A DNA stretch of 64,000 nucleotides. Origin: an uncultured Flammeovirgaceae bacterium (GTDB lineage: Bacteria; Bacteroidota; Bacteroidia; Cytophagales; MED-G16). The stretch covers positions 4,602 to 68,601 of the forward strand of contig CAJXDN010000003.1 of NCBI GenBank assembly GCA_913052485.1. Reading direction: 5' to 3'. Shown one piece after another: positions 55,786-64,000 of the stretch; position 1 is the stretch's first letter; the number at the start of each line of letters is the position of its first letter. The translations under genes and the position numbers were made by a program. The notes beneath the pieces are model-generated. The model had not been told where the DNA came from, ran no database searches, and was given only the letters and a program-made list of their open reading frames with translations.

Positions 55786-56451
55786 GTGAAGGTAAAAATA
55801 CATCATACATGGAATAAGGAATTACAAGATATTTTTTTAAAAGAATCTTTTAATAATTTGGTAAACAAAGTTAAGGAAGAATATGCAAATCATAGAATTT
55901 ACCCTAGTGGAAAAAATATTTTCCATGCGTTTAATTTGTGTCCGTTTGATAAAATTAAAGTGGTTATACTAGGTCAGGATCCGTATCATGGAGAAAATCA
56001 GGCTAATGGTTTATCATTTTCAGTGAACAAAGAGATATTAATTCCTCCATCTCTTAAGAATATCTATAAAGAATTAATTAATAATTTTCATGATTTTAAT
56101 TTTCAGGATGGAGATTTATCGCCCTGGGCATCTCAAGGGGTGTTACTTATTAACTCTATACTGACTGTCAGAAAGGGCAAACCTGGATCTCATCAAGGTA
56201 TCGGATGGCAGGATTTTACAGATGAGGTTATAAAAATTATATCAAAAAGAAAAAAAAATATTGTTTTTTTACTCTGGGGATCATTTGCTAAGTCGAAAGT
56301 TGTACTTATTGAAAATAAAAAAGAACATCTAATCTTATCATCAAGTCATCCTTCACCATTTTCAGCCCATAAAGGTTTTTTTGGTAATAATCATTTTAAG
56401 AAAGCAAATGAATATCTAAAAAGTAAATCAATAGTAGAGATTAATTGGTAG
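55786..56451 (+). CDS. ung: uracil-DNA glycosylase (family 1)
   Basis: GQDPYHGENQANGLSFSV water-activating loop and HPSPFSA. GTG start. Confidence 0.9.
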   Translation: MKVKIHHTWNKELQDIFLKESFNNLVNKVKEEYANHRIYPSGKNIFHAFNLCPFDKIKVVILGQDPYHGENQANGLSFSVNKEILIPPSLKNIYKELINNFHDFNFQDGDLSPWASQGVLLINSILTVRKGKPGSHQGIGWQDFTDEVIKIISKRKKNIVFLLWGSFAKSKVVLIENKKEHLILSSSHPSPFSAHKGFFGNNHFKKANEYLKSKSIVEINW

Positions 56452-56453
56452 AG

Positions 56454-57503
56454 TTAAATTATTACTTTTAAAAATCTTTCCCAACGAATAGCTTTTAATA
56501 AATTATCTTCCTGATAGTTATAGGAAAACCATATAAATGATGCCTCACCTAGTATATGATTGAATGGTACAAAACCCCAAAATCTAGAGTCCTCAGAATT
56601 ATGTCTATTATCTCCCATCATAAAATAGTAATCCTGTTTAAAAATATATTTTTCAACAATTTCGTTATCAATTAATAAGTTTTCCTCTTCGATTCTAACA
56701 TTATTTATTCCTTCATAATTTAAAATTGTAGAGCCATATCTCTTTAAATTTTCTGCGTTAATAGTTATTTCTAAATTTTTATATGGTATAGCTAGTGGGC
56801 CATAGAAATCAGTATTCCATGGATAATCTTTATCAGGAAATATCCTTCCTGTTGAAATTGATTTGTCCATCCTGTAAACTGTGACTTCATCTATAAAAGA
56901 TTCTCTACTTAGATCATCAGCATTTTTTTGTTGAGTATTTATATAATATCCATTTGTAACTTTTGTGTATTCCCATATATTATACTTTTTAAAAACCCTA
57001 TCATTGATATTTACATCTGTTTCTACAAAATATCTATTTTGTAAACCTTTTGGTGGATTTAATACCTCTCCATTAATTTTTACTTCACCGTTATCAATTT
57101 CAATGGTATCATTTGGTAACCCTACACATCTTTTAACATAATATGTTTTTAAATCAAGGGGTTTGTCTAGCTCATTTGGATAATTAAAAACTACAACGTC
57201 ATTCCTTTCAATTTCACTAAACCCTGGTAATCTAAAAGTAGGTAACTGAATCCAGTCTAAATAAGATTGGATATCAGTACCCCATATCTTTTGGTGAGTT
57301 AGTGGAACCTGAAGAGGAGTCTTGGGTGTTCTCGGACCATAATTTAATTTATTTACAAATAAAAAGTCTCCCACAAGAAGGTTGTTTTCCATAGATGGCG
57401 TAGGGATTGTGAATGCTTCAAATGTTGCCCATCTAATTAATGTTGCAGCTATGACAGCAAATAACAAAGAATCAAACCACTCCCTGATCGGTCCTTTTTT
57501 CAT
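56454..57503 (-). CDS. lepB: signal peptidase I
   Basis: Catalytic Ser box IPTPSMENNLLVGDFLFVNK, catalytic Lys box YVKRCVGLPND, and GDNRHNSEDSRFWGFVP. Confidence 0.9.
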   Translation of the reverse strand: MKKGPIREWFDSLLFAVIAATLIRWATFEAFTIPTPSMENNLLVGDFLFVNKLNYGPRTPKTPLQVPLTHQKIWGTDIQSYLDWIQLPTFRLPGFSEIERNDVVVFNYPNELDKPLDLKTYYVKRCVGLPNDTIEIDNGEVKINGEVLNPPKGLQNRYFVETDVNINDRVFKKYNIWEYTKVTNGYYINTQQKNADDLSRESFIDEVTVYRMDKSISTGRIFPDKDYPWNTDFYGPLAIPYKNLEITINAENLKRYGSTILNYEGINNVRIEEENLLIDNEIVEKYIFKQDYYFMMGDNRHNSEDSRFWGFVPFNHILGEASFIWFSYNYQEDNLLKAIRWERFLKVII

Positions 57504-57553
57504 AGCTGTAATTTAAGTTTTTAAAAATAAAAGTTTTAGGAAATATCAAACTT

Positions 57554-58066
57554 TTAGAAAGATATAAAGATAGAGATACCAACTAGATTATCAGAGTTTA
57601 TATTTTCTATGTTTGGTCTAATTTGAATCGATAAATCATTACTTGTATCAAATTCATTTAGGTGAGCAAATACATGTGCATCAACAATATTCAATAAATA
57701 ATAAACGCCAGTAAAAATTATGAGCATATCTCTATTTCTTCTCCAAAATTCCATATTTCTTTCTAATGAATTTTTACTGAAATTAGGGAAAGGGTTTATG
57801 GTGGATGTATTATCATCAGTCTCAAATGTCAGAGCTTCTCGGAATTCATGATACATGTCATTGTTAAATTTAATGTAATGTCCAATTACAGCGTAACCAC
57901 CATAAATAATTGGTAACTTCCAATATTGTTTGTTATAAACTTGACCTAACCCAGGAAGTATTGTAGATAATGTTGTAGCCTTTTTAGGATTATAAACTCT
58001 TAGTTTTTTTTCTTGGGAAAAGGAGAGATTAAAAGTTATAATAATTAGAAAAATTACTTTCTTCAT
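57554..58066 (-). CDS. DUF5683 domain-containing protein
   Basis: LSTILPGLGQVYNKQYWKLPIIYGG motif, positioned downstream of parB as is common in Flavobacteriales. Confidence 0.6.
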   Translation of the reverse strand: MKKVIFLIIITFNLSFSQEKKLRVYNPKKATTLSTILPGLGQVYNKQYWKLPIIYGGYAVIGHYIKFNNDMYHEFREALTFETDDNTSTINPFPNFSKNSLERNMEFWRRNRDMLIIFTGVYYLLNIVDAHVFAHLNEFDTSNDLSIQIRPNIENINSDNLVGISIFISF

Positions 58067-58921
58067 TTATATAATATCAAGTAATTCAAGTATTCTATTC
58101 AGATCATTTGTTGACTTATAAGGAACAATAATTTTACCAGAGTTCTCGTCACCTTGTGTTGAAATTTTTGTTCCAAAAAAAGAAGATAACTTAGATTTAA
58201 TTTTGGTTAATTCATTATTGCTTTTTTTCTTATCTGATACTATTACTTTCTCATTCTTTAAACTTCTAACAAGTTCCTCAGTTTTTCTTACAGATAACTT
58301 ACCTTTAATTATTAACTGATAAATTTTTAACTGTATATCTGTTTTTTCAATTGTTATAAGTGACCGTGCATGTCCCATTTGAATTTTATTTTCTTTAATC
58401 CCATTCTGAATTGATGGAGGGAGTTTTAATAATCGAACATAATTATTTATAGTAGTCCTGTCTTTACCTAATCTTTTTCCAAGCTCTTCCTGCTTAATAT
58501 TTAATTCGTCAACTAATTTTTTATAGGATATAGCAATTTCAATTGAATTTAAGTTTTCTCTCTGAATATTTTCAATTAAGGCTATTTCAAGTAGGCTCTC
58601 ATCATTATTTCTTCTTATGAAGGCCGGTATTGTTTTAATATCACAAATTTTTGATGCCTTATACCTCCTCTCTCCTGATATGAGTTGATATTTATTTTTT
58701 GATAACTTTTTAACAGTGATGGGCTGTATGATCCCATGTTTTTTTATTGATAATGATAGCTCTTTTAATTTTTCTTCATCAAAGAATTCACGAGGTTGAT
58801 CCTTGTTAATTATTATATTATTAATATCAATTTCTTCAAAAATATTATTGCCACTATTTGACTCAGGCACATTTAATAATGATCCTAAACCCCTCCCAAG
58901 TGTATTTCTTTTATTTACCAT
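58067..58921 (-). CDS. parB: chromosome partitioning protein ParB/Spo0J
   Basis: LGRGLGSLL, QPREFFDEEKLKELSLSIKKHGIIQPI, GERRYKAS and an HTH segment. Confidence 0.9.
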   Translation of the reverse strand: MVNKRNTLGRGLGSLLNVPESNSGNNIFEEIDINNIIINKDQPREFFDEEKLKELSLSIKKHGIIQPITVKKLSKNKYQLISGERRYKASKICDIKTIPAFIRRNNDESLLEIALIENIQRENLNSIEIAISYKKLVDELNIKQEELGKRLGKDRTTINNYVRLLKLPPSIQNGIKENKIQMGHARSLITIEKTDIQLKIYQLIIKGKLSVRKTEELVRSLKNEKVIVSDKKKSNNELTKIKSKLSSFFGTKISTQGDENSGKIIVPYKSTNDLNRILELLDII

Positions 58922-59697
58922 GTAACTTTAACAGAATTATTTTTGTCGATAACTTCTTTAGCTAAATTTAGATAGCTTATTGATCCTTTACAACTTGCAT
59001 CATATGATATTGCTGGTACCCCGAATGATGGTGCCTCGCTAAGTTTTACGTTTCTTGGTATAATTGTATTAAAAACCAAAGCCTTAAAGTGGGTTTGAAC
59101 CTCCTCTACAACTTGGTTACTTAACCTGAGTCTGACATCGTACATGCTCATTAGAATCCCTTCAATATTTAAGTTTTTATTGAGGTCTCTCTGAATTAGT
59201 TTTATAGTTTCTAGTAATTTTCCAAGTCCTTCCAATGCAAAATATTCACATTGTACCGGTATTATAACTGAGTCTGAAGCCACTAATGCATTTACAGTAA
59301 CAATTCCAAGAGATGGAGAGCAGTCAATGATTATAAAATCATAATTATCTTTTATTTTATCAATAAAGTGTTTCATTCTTAGGTCTCTCTCATCGATATC
59401 AACCATCTCTACCTCAGCTCCAACTAGATCAATGTCAGAAGGTAAAATATGAAGATAGTCTACATCAGTTTTAATTATTGAGTTTATATTAATTTCTTGA
59501 GTAATCATACACTCATAGACTGTTTTATTTATTGACTTTTGATCAATTCCTAGACCTGATGTAGTATTTGCTTGGGGATCTGCATCGATCAATAATGTCT
59601 TGTATTCCAATGCTGCCAGGCTAGCTGCCAGGTTAATTGATGTTGTTGTTTTACCAACGCCACCCTTTTGATTTGCAATTGAAATTACTTTACCCAT
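58915..59697 (-). CDS. parA: chromosome partitioning ATPase ParA/Soj
   Basis: Deviant Walker A ANQKGGVGKTTT, with IIDCSPSLG. Confidence 0.95.
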   Translation of the reverse strand: MGKVISIANQKGGVGKTTTSINLAASLAALEYKTLLIDADPQANTTSGLGIDQKSINKTVYECMITQEININSIIKTDVDYLHILPSDIDLVGAEVEMVDIDERDLRMKHFIDKIKDNYDFIIIDCSPSLGIVTVNALVASDSVIIPVQCEYFALEGLGKLLETIKLIQRDLNKNLNIEGILMSMYDVRLRLSNQVVEEVQTHFKALVFNTIIPRNVKLSEAPSFGVPAISYDASCKGSISYLNLAKEVIDKNNSVKVTW

Positions 59698-59719
59698 GTA
59701 TCTACGTAGCTATATTAAT

Positions 59720-61468
59720 TTATTTATTTTTTTTCTTCTTTTCTTGTCTAACCTTCATAGCTTCTTCCAGTCTTAACTGAAAACTTGATTTATTACTATT
59801 TAAATTTCTTTTTCTATTAAAATCAATCTCTTTTTTGATTTTCTCTTCATCTACAAACATCTTAAATATATTAATTTGAGCATAAGATGCAACGTTTGAC
59901 AGAAAATAATAATATGTCAAACCAGCTGAAAAATTGTTAAAAATAAATAAAAACATGAATGGGAGGACATATTGTATTGTTTTCATTGGTCCCTCCATTG
60001 TTTGCATCTGGGAGTTTGCTTTATTTATAAATATTGTAGATACTGTCATAAGAATTGTAAATAAGCTTATATGATCTCCATATAATGGCAGGTAAAATGG
60101 CAGATCTAGAATAGAATCATAATTTGACAGATCTGATGCCCACAGAAATGACTTCCCTCTTAGTTCGATAGCATTTGGTAAAAAGTAAAACACTGATACT
60201 AAAATTGGAAGCTGAAACAATATTGGCAGACATCCACCAAGAGGACTTACCCCAGTTTTAGTGTAGAGCTCCATAATCTCAGCTTGAGATTTTTGCATAT
60301 CTCCATCATGTTTTTTTCTTATTTCCTGTATCTCAGGATTTAAAACTTTCATTTTAGCCATCGAGAGATGTGACTTAAAAGTTAATGGAGTAACTACTAA
60401 TCTAATTAGAACTACCATAAATAAAATAATCAGTCCATAATTTGATGTAATTTTTTCTAAAAAATTGAAGATTGGAACAATTACATATCTATTAAAACCA
60501 CCAACACCAATCCAGCCCAAATAAATATTATTATGAAATTCATACTCAATTTCTTTTAGGACAGAATACTTATTAGGTCCAAAATAAAATTTTAAAAAAA
60601 TTGAGTTGTTGATAATTGGTATGTCAGAAGATACTGAGAAATTTTTATTGATCTCATCACTCTCGACATATTTTGATGAAACTGTTGAGTTAATAATATT
60701 ATTATCAGAAATTACAGCTGAACTAAAGAATTGTTGTTTGAATGATACCCATTTTAATGGATCTTCAATTTTAATTTCTTCATCATCTTTAGATGTAGCG
60801 GAGGTATAATCAAAACTCTCATCTAAGCTATAGAAATTTATTCTTGTTTGATTTTTCTCGTTGACATTATTTTCTTCCTGGTGTGTAAGATTATTTTCCC
60901 ACTGAAATTTTATATTTTTTAGCCCATTAAATTCATCATTTAATAGAACTCGTGAGTTAATAATATAACTATCTCCAATTTCGTAGATAACGGTGATTTT
61001 CTTATTATCAATCCCTAATGCCGAGAATTGAATGGTTTTCTTTTCAGTATCTGACTTAATATTTTTATCAAAGATTATTTCATTAAAATTAATATTTTCA
61101 TCGTCATTTAGGATGAAATTAATATCGCCTCTATTACTGTCGTATAAATGAACCTCTTTATTATTTTTAGTTGAATATTTTTTCAATTTAACATCAACTA
61201 TCTTAGCACCCTTATTAGAGAATGTAACTCGGATTAAATCATTATCAACTTCAAATCTCTCTTCAATCTCAGAGGATATAAATTTTTCATTTTTTTTAAA
61301 TTTATTTTCATCATTTTTTGGATTAATTTGAACTTCTTCTAATACCTCTGTATTTGGGGTTTGATTTATATCTTCACTTTCTGGTATCTGACCTGGAGGA
61401 AAGAATGTATAATAAGTTAAAATTAAGAGCATTATGAGGGTGAACCCAATAAATCTATTATTATCCAT
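59720..61468 (-). CDS. yidC: membrane protein insertase YidC
   Basis: Large periplasmic P1 domain followed by the conserved core (PLTFKSHLSMAKMKVLNPEIQEIRKK...GCLPILFQLPILVSVF). Confidence 0.9.
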   Translation of the reverse strand: MDNNRFIGFTLIMLLILTYYTFFPPGQIPESEDINQTPNTEVLEEVQINPKNDENKFKKNEKFISSEIEERFEVDNDLIRVTFSNKGAKIVDVKLKKYSTKNNKEVHLYDSNRGDINFILNDDENINFNEIIFDKNIKSDTEKKTIQFSALGIDNKKITVIYEIGDSYIINSRVLLNDEFNGLKNIKFQWENNLTHQEENNVNEKNQTRINFYSLDESFDYTSATSKDDEEIKIEDPLKWVSFKQQFFSSAVISDNNIINSTVSSKYVESDEINKNFSVSSDIPIINNSIFLKFYFGPNKYSVLKEIEYEFHNNIYLGWIGVGGFNRYVIVPIFNFLEKITSNYGLIILFMVVLIRLVVTPLTFKSHLSMAKMKVLNPEIQEIRKKHDGDMQKSQAEIMELYTKTGVSPLGGCLPILFQLPILVSVFYFLPNAIELRGKSFLWASDLSNYDSILDLPFYLPLYGDHISLFTILMTVSTIFINKANSQMQTMEGPMKTIQYVLPFMFLFIFNNFSAGLTYYYFLSNVASYAQINIFKMFVDEEKIKKEIDFNRKRNLNSNKSSFQLRLEEAMKVRQEKKKKNK

Positions 61469-63071
61469 TTTTAATTGATTTTATTTTATTTACAAAGCTA
61501 ACAAATAGCGGATGTGGTTTAAGCACTCTGCTTCTATATTCTGGGTGATATTGTGTCCCAATAAACCATGGATGATCATCTAATTCAATCGTCTCAACAA
61601 GATTAAGTTTAGGATTTATTCCAGGAGTTTTCATTCCATGATCATTGAATTCGCTTTTATAACTGTTATTAAACTCATACCTGTGTCTGTGTCTTTCGTG
61701 AATTTCAGTTGATTTATAGGAATTATAAATTTGAGTACCTTTTTCTAGAAAACACTCATATGAACCAAGCCTCATAGTTCCACCCTTATTTTTTATTTTT
61801 TTCTGTTCTTGCATAAGATCTATAACTGGGTGATTTGTTTCTCGATCAAATTCAGTTGAATTAGCAATTTCATAGCCTAAGACATTCCTCGAAAACTCTA
61901 TACATGCACATTGCATTCCGAGGCATATACCAAAGAAGGGAATTTTATTTTTTCTAACATATTCAATTGCTAAAATTTTACCTTCAATCCCTCTCACTCC
62001 AAACCCTGGAGCAACTATTATTCCGTCTATATTTTTTAATTTTTTCTTTAAGTTTTGGGTCTTAAGTTCTTCGGATAGAATCCATTGAATGTCAACCTTT
62101 GAATTCTGATTTGCTCCGGCATGTATTAAAGATTCTGAAATTGATTTGTAAGAGTCTTGTAAGGAGACATACTTACCTATAATAGCAATTTTTAACTTAT
62201 TTTCAGACATATGTAAATTACTCAAGAATCTTTTCCATCTACTTAACCTCAATGGTTTTTTCTTTTTAATATTTAAATTTTCAAGTACAATTTCATGCAA
62301 TCTTTCCTCCCTCATCAGTACTGGGACATCATAAATTGACTCTGCATCAATAGATTCAATAACTGAATTTTTAGACACATTACAGAATAATGCCAATTTG
62401 TTTTTTATTTCTTTACCTAATTTATGCTCACTTCTACAAACTAAAATATCAGGTTGTATACCGGCCTCTAATAATTTTTTAACTGAGTGTTGTGTAGGTT
62501 TTGTTTTCAATTCACCTGATGTCGATAGATAAGGTATTAATGTCAGATGAATATTTAGAAAATCACTTTTTTTAAGATCTAATTTTGCCTGCCTCACTGC
62601 CTCAAAAAATGGAAGAGATTCAATATCACCAATACAGCCACCAATTTCAGTGATAATAATCTCAAAAGAATTATTTTTTCCAATTTTATAAAAACTATTT
62701 TTAATCTCGTCTGTTATATGTGGTATTACCTGAACTGTTTTACCTAGAAATTCCCCTTTTCTTTCCTTAGAAATGACATTATTATATATTCTCCCTGTAG
62801 TTACGTTATTATCTTGAGAAGTAGATATACCTAAAAATCTCTCATAGTGGCCAAGATCTAAGTCAGTCTCTGCACCGTCTTCAGTAACGTAGCACTCACC
62901 GTGCTCATAAGGACTCATAGTTCCTGGATCGATATTTAAGTATGGATCAAATTTCTGGATTGTTACTTTGTAGCCAACTGCCTTTAATAGGAGTCCTAAT
63001 GACGCTGAAATGATTCCTTTACCAAGAGAAGAGGTAACTCCACCCGTTACAAATATGTACTTTTTTTTCAT
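61461..63071 (-). CDS. pyrG: CTP synthase
   Basis: KYIFVTGGVTSSLGKGI, and a GATase domain with GICLGMQ and HRHRYEFN. Confidence 0.97.
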   Translation of the reverse strand: MKKKYIFVTGGVTSSLGKGIISASLGLLLKAVGYKVTIQKFDPYLNIDPGTMSPYEHGECYVTEDGAETDLDLGHYERFLGISTSQDNNVTTGRIYNNVISKERKGEFLGKTVQVIPHITDEIKNSFYKIGKNNSFEIIITEIGGCIGDIESLPFFEAVRQAKLDLKKSDFLNIHLTLIPYLSTSGELKTKPTQHSVKKLLEAGIQPDILVCRSEHKLGKEIKNKLALFCNVSKNSVIESIDAESIYDVPVLMREERLHEIVLENLNIKKKKPLRLSRWKRFLSNLHMSENKLKIAIIGKYVSLQDSYKSISESLIHAGANQNSKVDIQWILSEELKTQNLKKKLKNIDGIIVAPGFGVRGIEGKILAIEYVRKNKIPFFGICLGMQCACIEFSRNVLGYEIANSTEFDRETNHPVIDLMQEQKKIKNKGGTMRLGSYECFLEKGTQIYNSYKSTEIHERHRHRYEFNNSYKSEFNDHGMKTPGINPKLNLVETIELDDHPWFIGTQYHPEYRSRVLKPHPLFVSFVNKIKSIKNG

Positions 63072-63175
63072 TTTATTAATAGACAGTAACGGGAGTTAAA
63101 TTTAGAGTAAATTATTATAATCTTTTATATAATTTAATTTTATTAATATCATCAACTAATATTTTAAATTTGTAT

Positions 63176-64000
63176 ATGGTTTTAGATTTTAAAAGTCATA
63201 TTGATAGTGATAAAAATCTTAAAAAGATTAATAATCATATATGTAAATTGGAAATTGATTCATTTCTAGTTGGAGGATATGTAAGAGATTTTTTATTATC
63301 AAAAGAGAGTAAGGACGTAGATATCATGACTCTGGGTGACCCCTACACGCTTACCTCAAGAATATCAAAAGAATCTGGTTTCTCAGACTATAAAATTTTT
63401 AAAAATTTTGGTACAGCTTCCATAAATTATCAATCTATTAATTATGAATTTGTTGGTGCTAGGAAAGAATCCTATACTAAAATATCGAGAAATCCAGAAG
63501 TGTCACCGGGGCTTTTCGACGATGACATGAAGAGAAGAGATTTTACAATAAATGCTATTGCAGTGAGTCTGGGTAAAAATTATGGGAATTTGATAGATAC
63601 TTTTAACGGAATTGATGATTTAAAAAATAAAATAATTAAAACCTGTGACGATCCTCACAAGACTTTTGAGGATGATCCTTTAAGAATGATGAGGGCTATA
63701 AGATTTGCATCACAGCTAAATTTTGATATTGAGGAGTCAACCTTTAAATCATTATCGGAAAATGCTGAAAGGATCAAAATTGTTAGTCAAGAGAGAATCA
63801 CTGATGAGTTAAATAAAATTATTTTATCTGATAAGCCATCTTATGGTTTTAAACTTCTTTATGTATCAGGTATATTAAATTATATTTTTCCTGAATTAAG
63901 TAATTTACAGGGAGTTGAAAAAATAAATAATCACTCTCATAAAGATAATTTTTATCATACACTCGAAGTTTTAGATAATACATCAAACTTTTCAGATAAT
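63176..64000 (+). CDS. cca: CCA-adding enzyme / poly(A) polymerase-family tRNA nucleotidyltransferase, N-terminal part (3' end outside window)
   Basis: FLVGGYVRDFLLSKESKDVDI, RRDFTINAI and DPLRMMRAIRFASQLNF. Confidence 0.8.
   Translation, partial: MVLDFKSHIDSDKNLKKINNHICKLEIDSFLVGGYVRDFLLSKESKDVDIMTLGDPYTLTSRISKESGFSDYKIFKNFGTASINYQSINYEFVGARKESYTKISRNPEVSPGLFDDDMKRRDFTINAIAVSLGKNYGNLIDTFNGIDDLKNKIIKTCDDPHKTFEDDPLRMMRAIRFASQLNFDIEESTFKSLSENAERIKIVSQERITDELNKIILSDKPSYGFKLLYVSGILNYIFPELSNLQGVEKINNHSHKDNFYHTLEVLDNTSNFSDN

Noticed and set aside
63165-63178. A TAAATTTG -7 motif ending only 3 nt before the cca ATG, considered as evidence for a leaderless transcript.
   Set aside because: The spacing is too short for the usual distance from -7 motif to transcription start site. 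The transcript would start at or after the ATG, so the match is probably fortuitous in AT-rich sequence, or the promoter lies elsewhere.

Overview
AT-rich (by eye about 30% GC), very gene-dense chromosomal window. The gene content points to a streamlined, free-living member of Bacteroidota/Flavobacteriales: T9SS type A and type B sorting domains, DUF5683, TIGR02757, YfhO, GH97, and TAnnTTTG -7 promoter motifs. About 44 kb (22-64 kb) is housekeeping: ffh, pdhB, hisS, ddl, mrp/nifU, dnaG, ribBA, surE, rpsF-rpsR-rplI, ung, lepB, parAB, yidC, pyrG, cca. The first about 21 kb is more accessory. It begins at a tRNA-Glu and carries sulfate-ester genes (aryl-sulfotransferase-like lipoprotein, PAPS-type sulfotransferase, FGE, serine hydrolase, Cys-type sulfatase), GH97 and many small lipoproteins. 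I found no CRISPR array, integrase, transposase, reverse transcriptase, toxin-antitoxin pair or recognisable defence module, so I cannot claim a clear novel system. The observations most worth follow-up are: (1) a direct duplication of the tRNA-Glu 3' end that brackets a single cargo gene, with no integrase present; (2) a PriA homolog that has lost Walker A, DEEH, the Cys-rich zinc region and motif VI; (3) a YfhO gene followed by two orphan TonB-plug-like lipoproteins; (4) an untracked 31-aa CDGSH-motif mini-ORF with its own -7 promoter motif and terminator; (5) a protein with a GC-rich Gly/Asp tail; (6) five convergent gene pairs sharing a TTAR overlapping-stop tetranucleotide. All functional calls come from motif recognition by eye. 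No database search was run.
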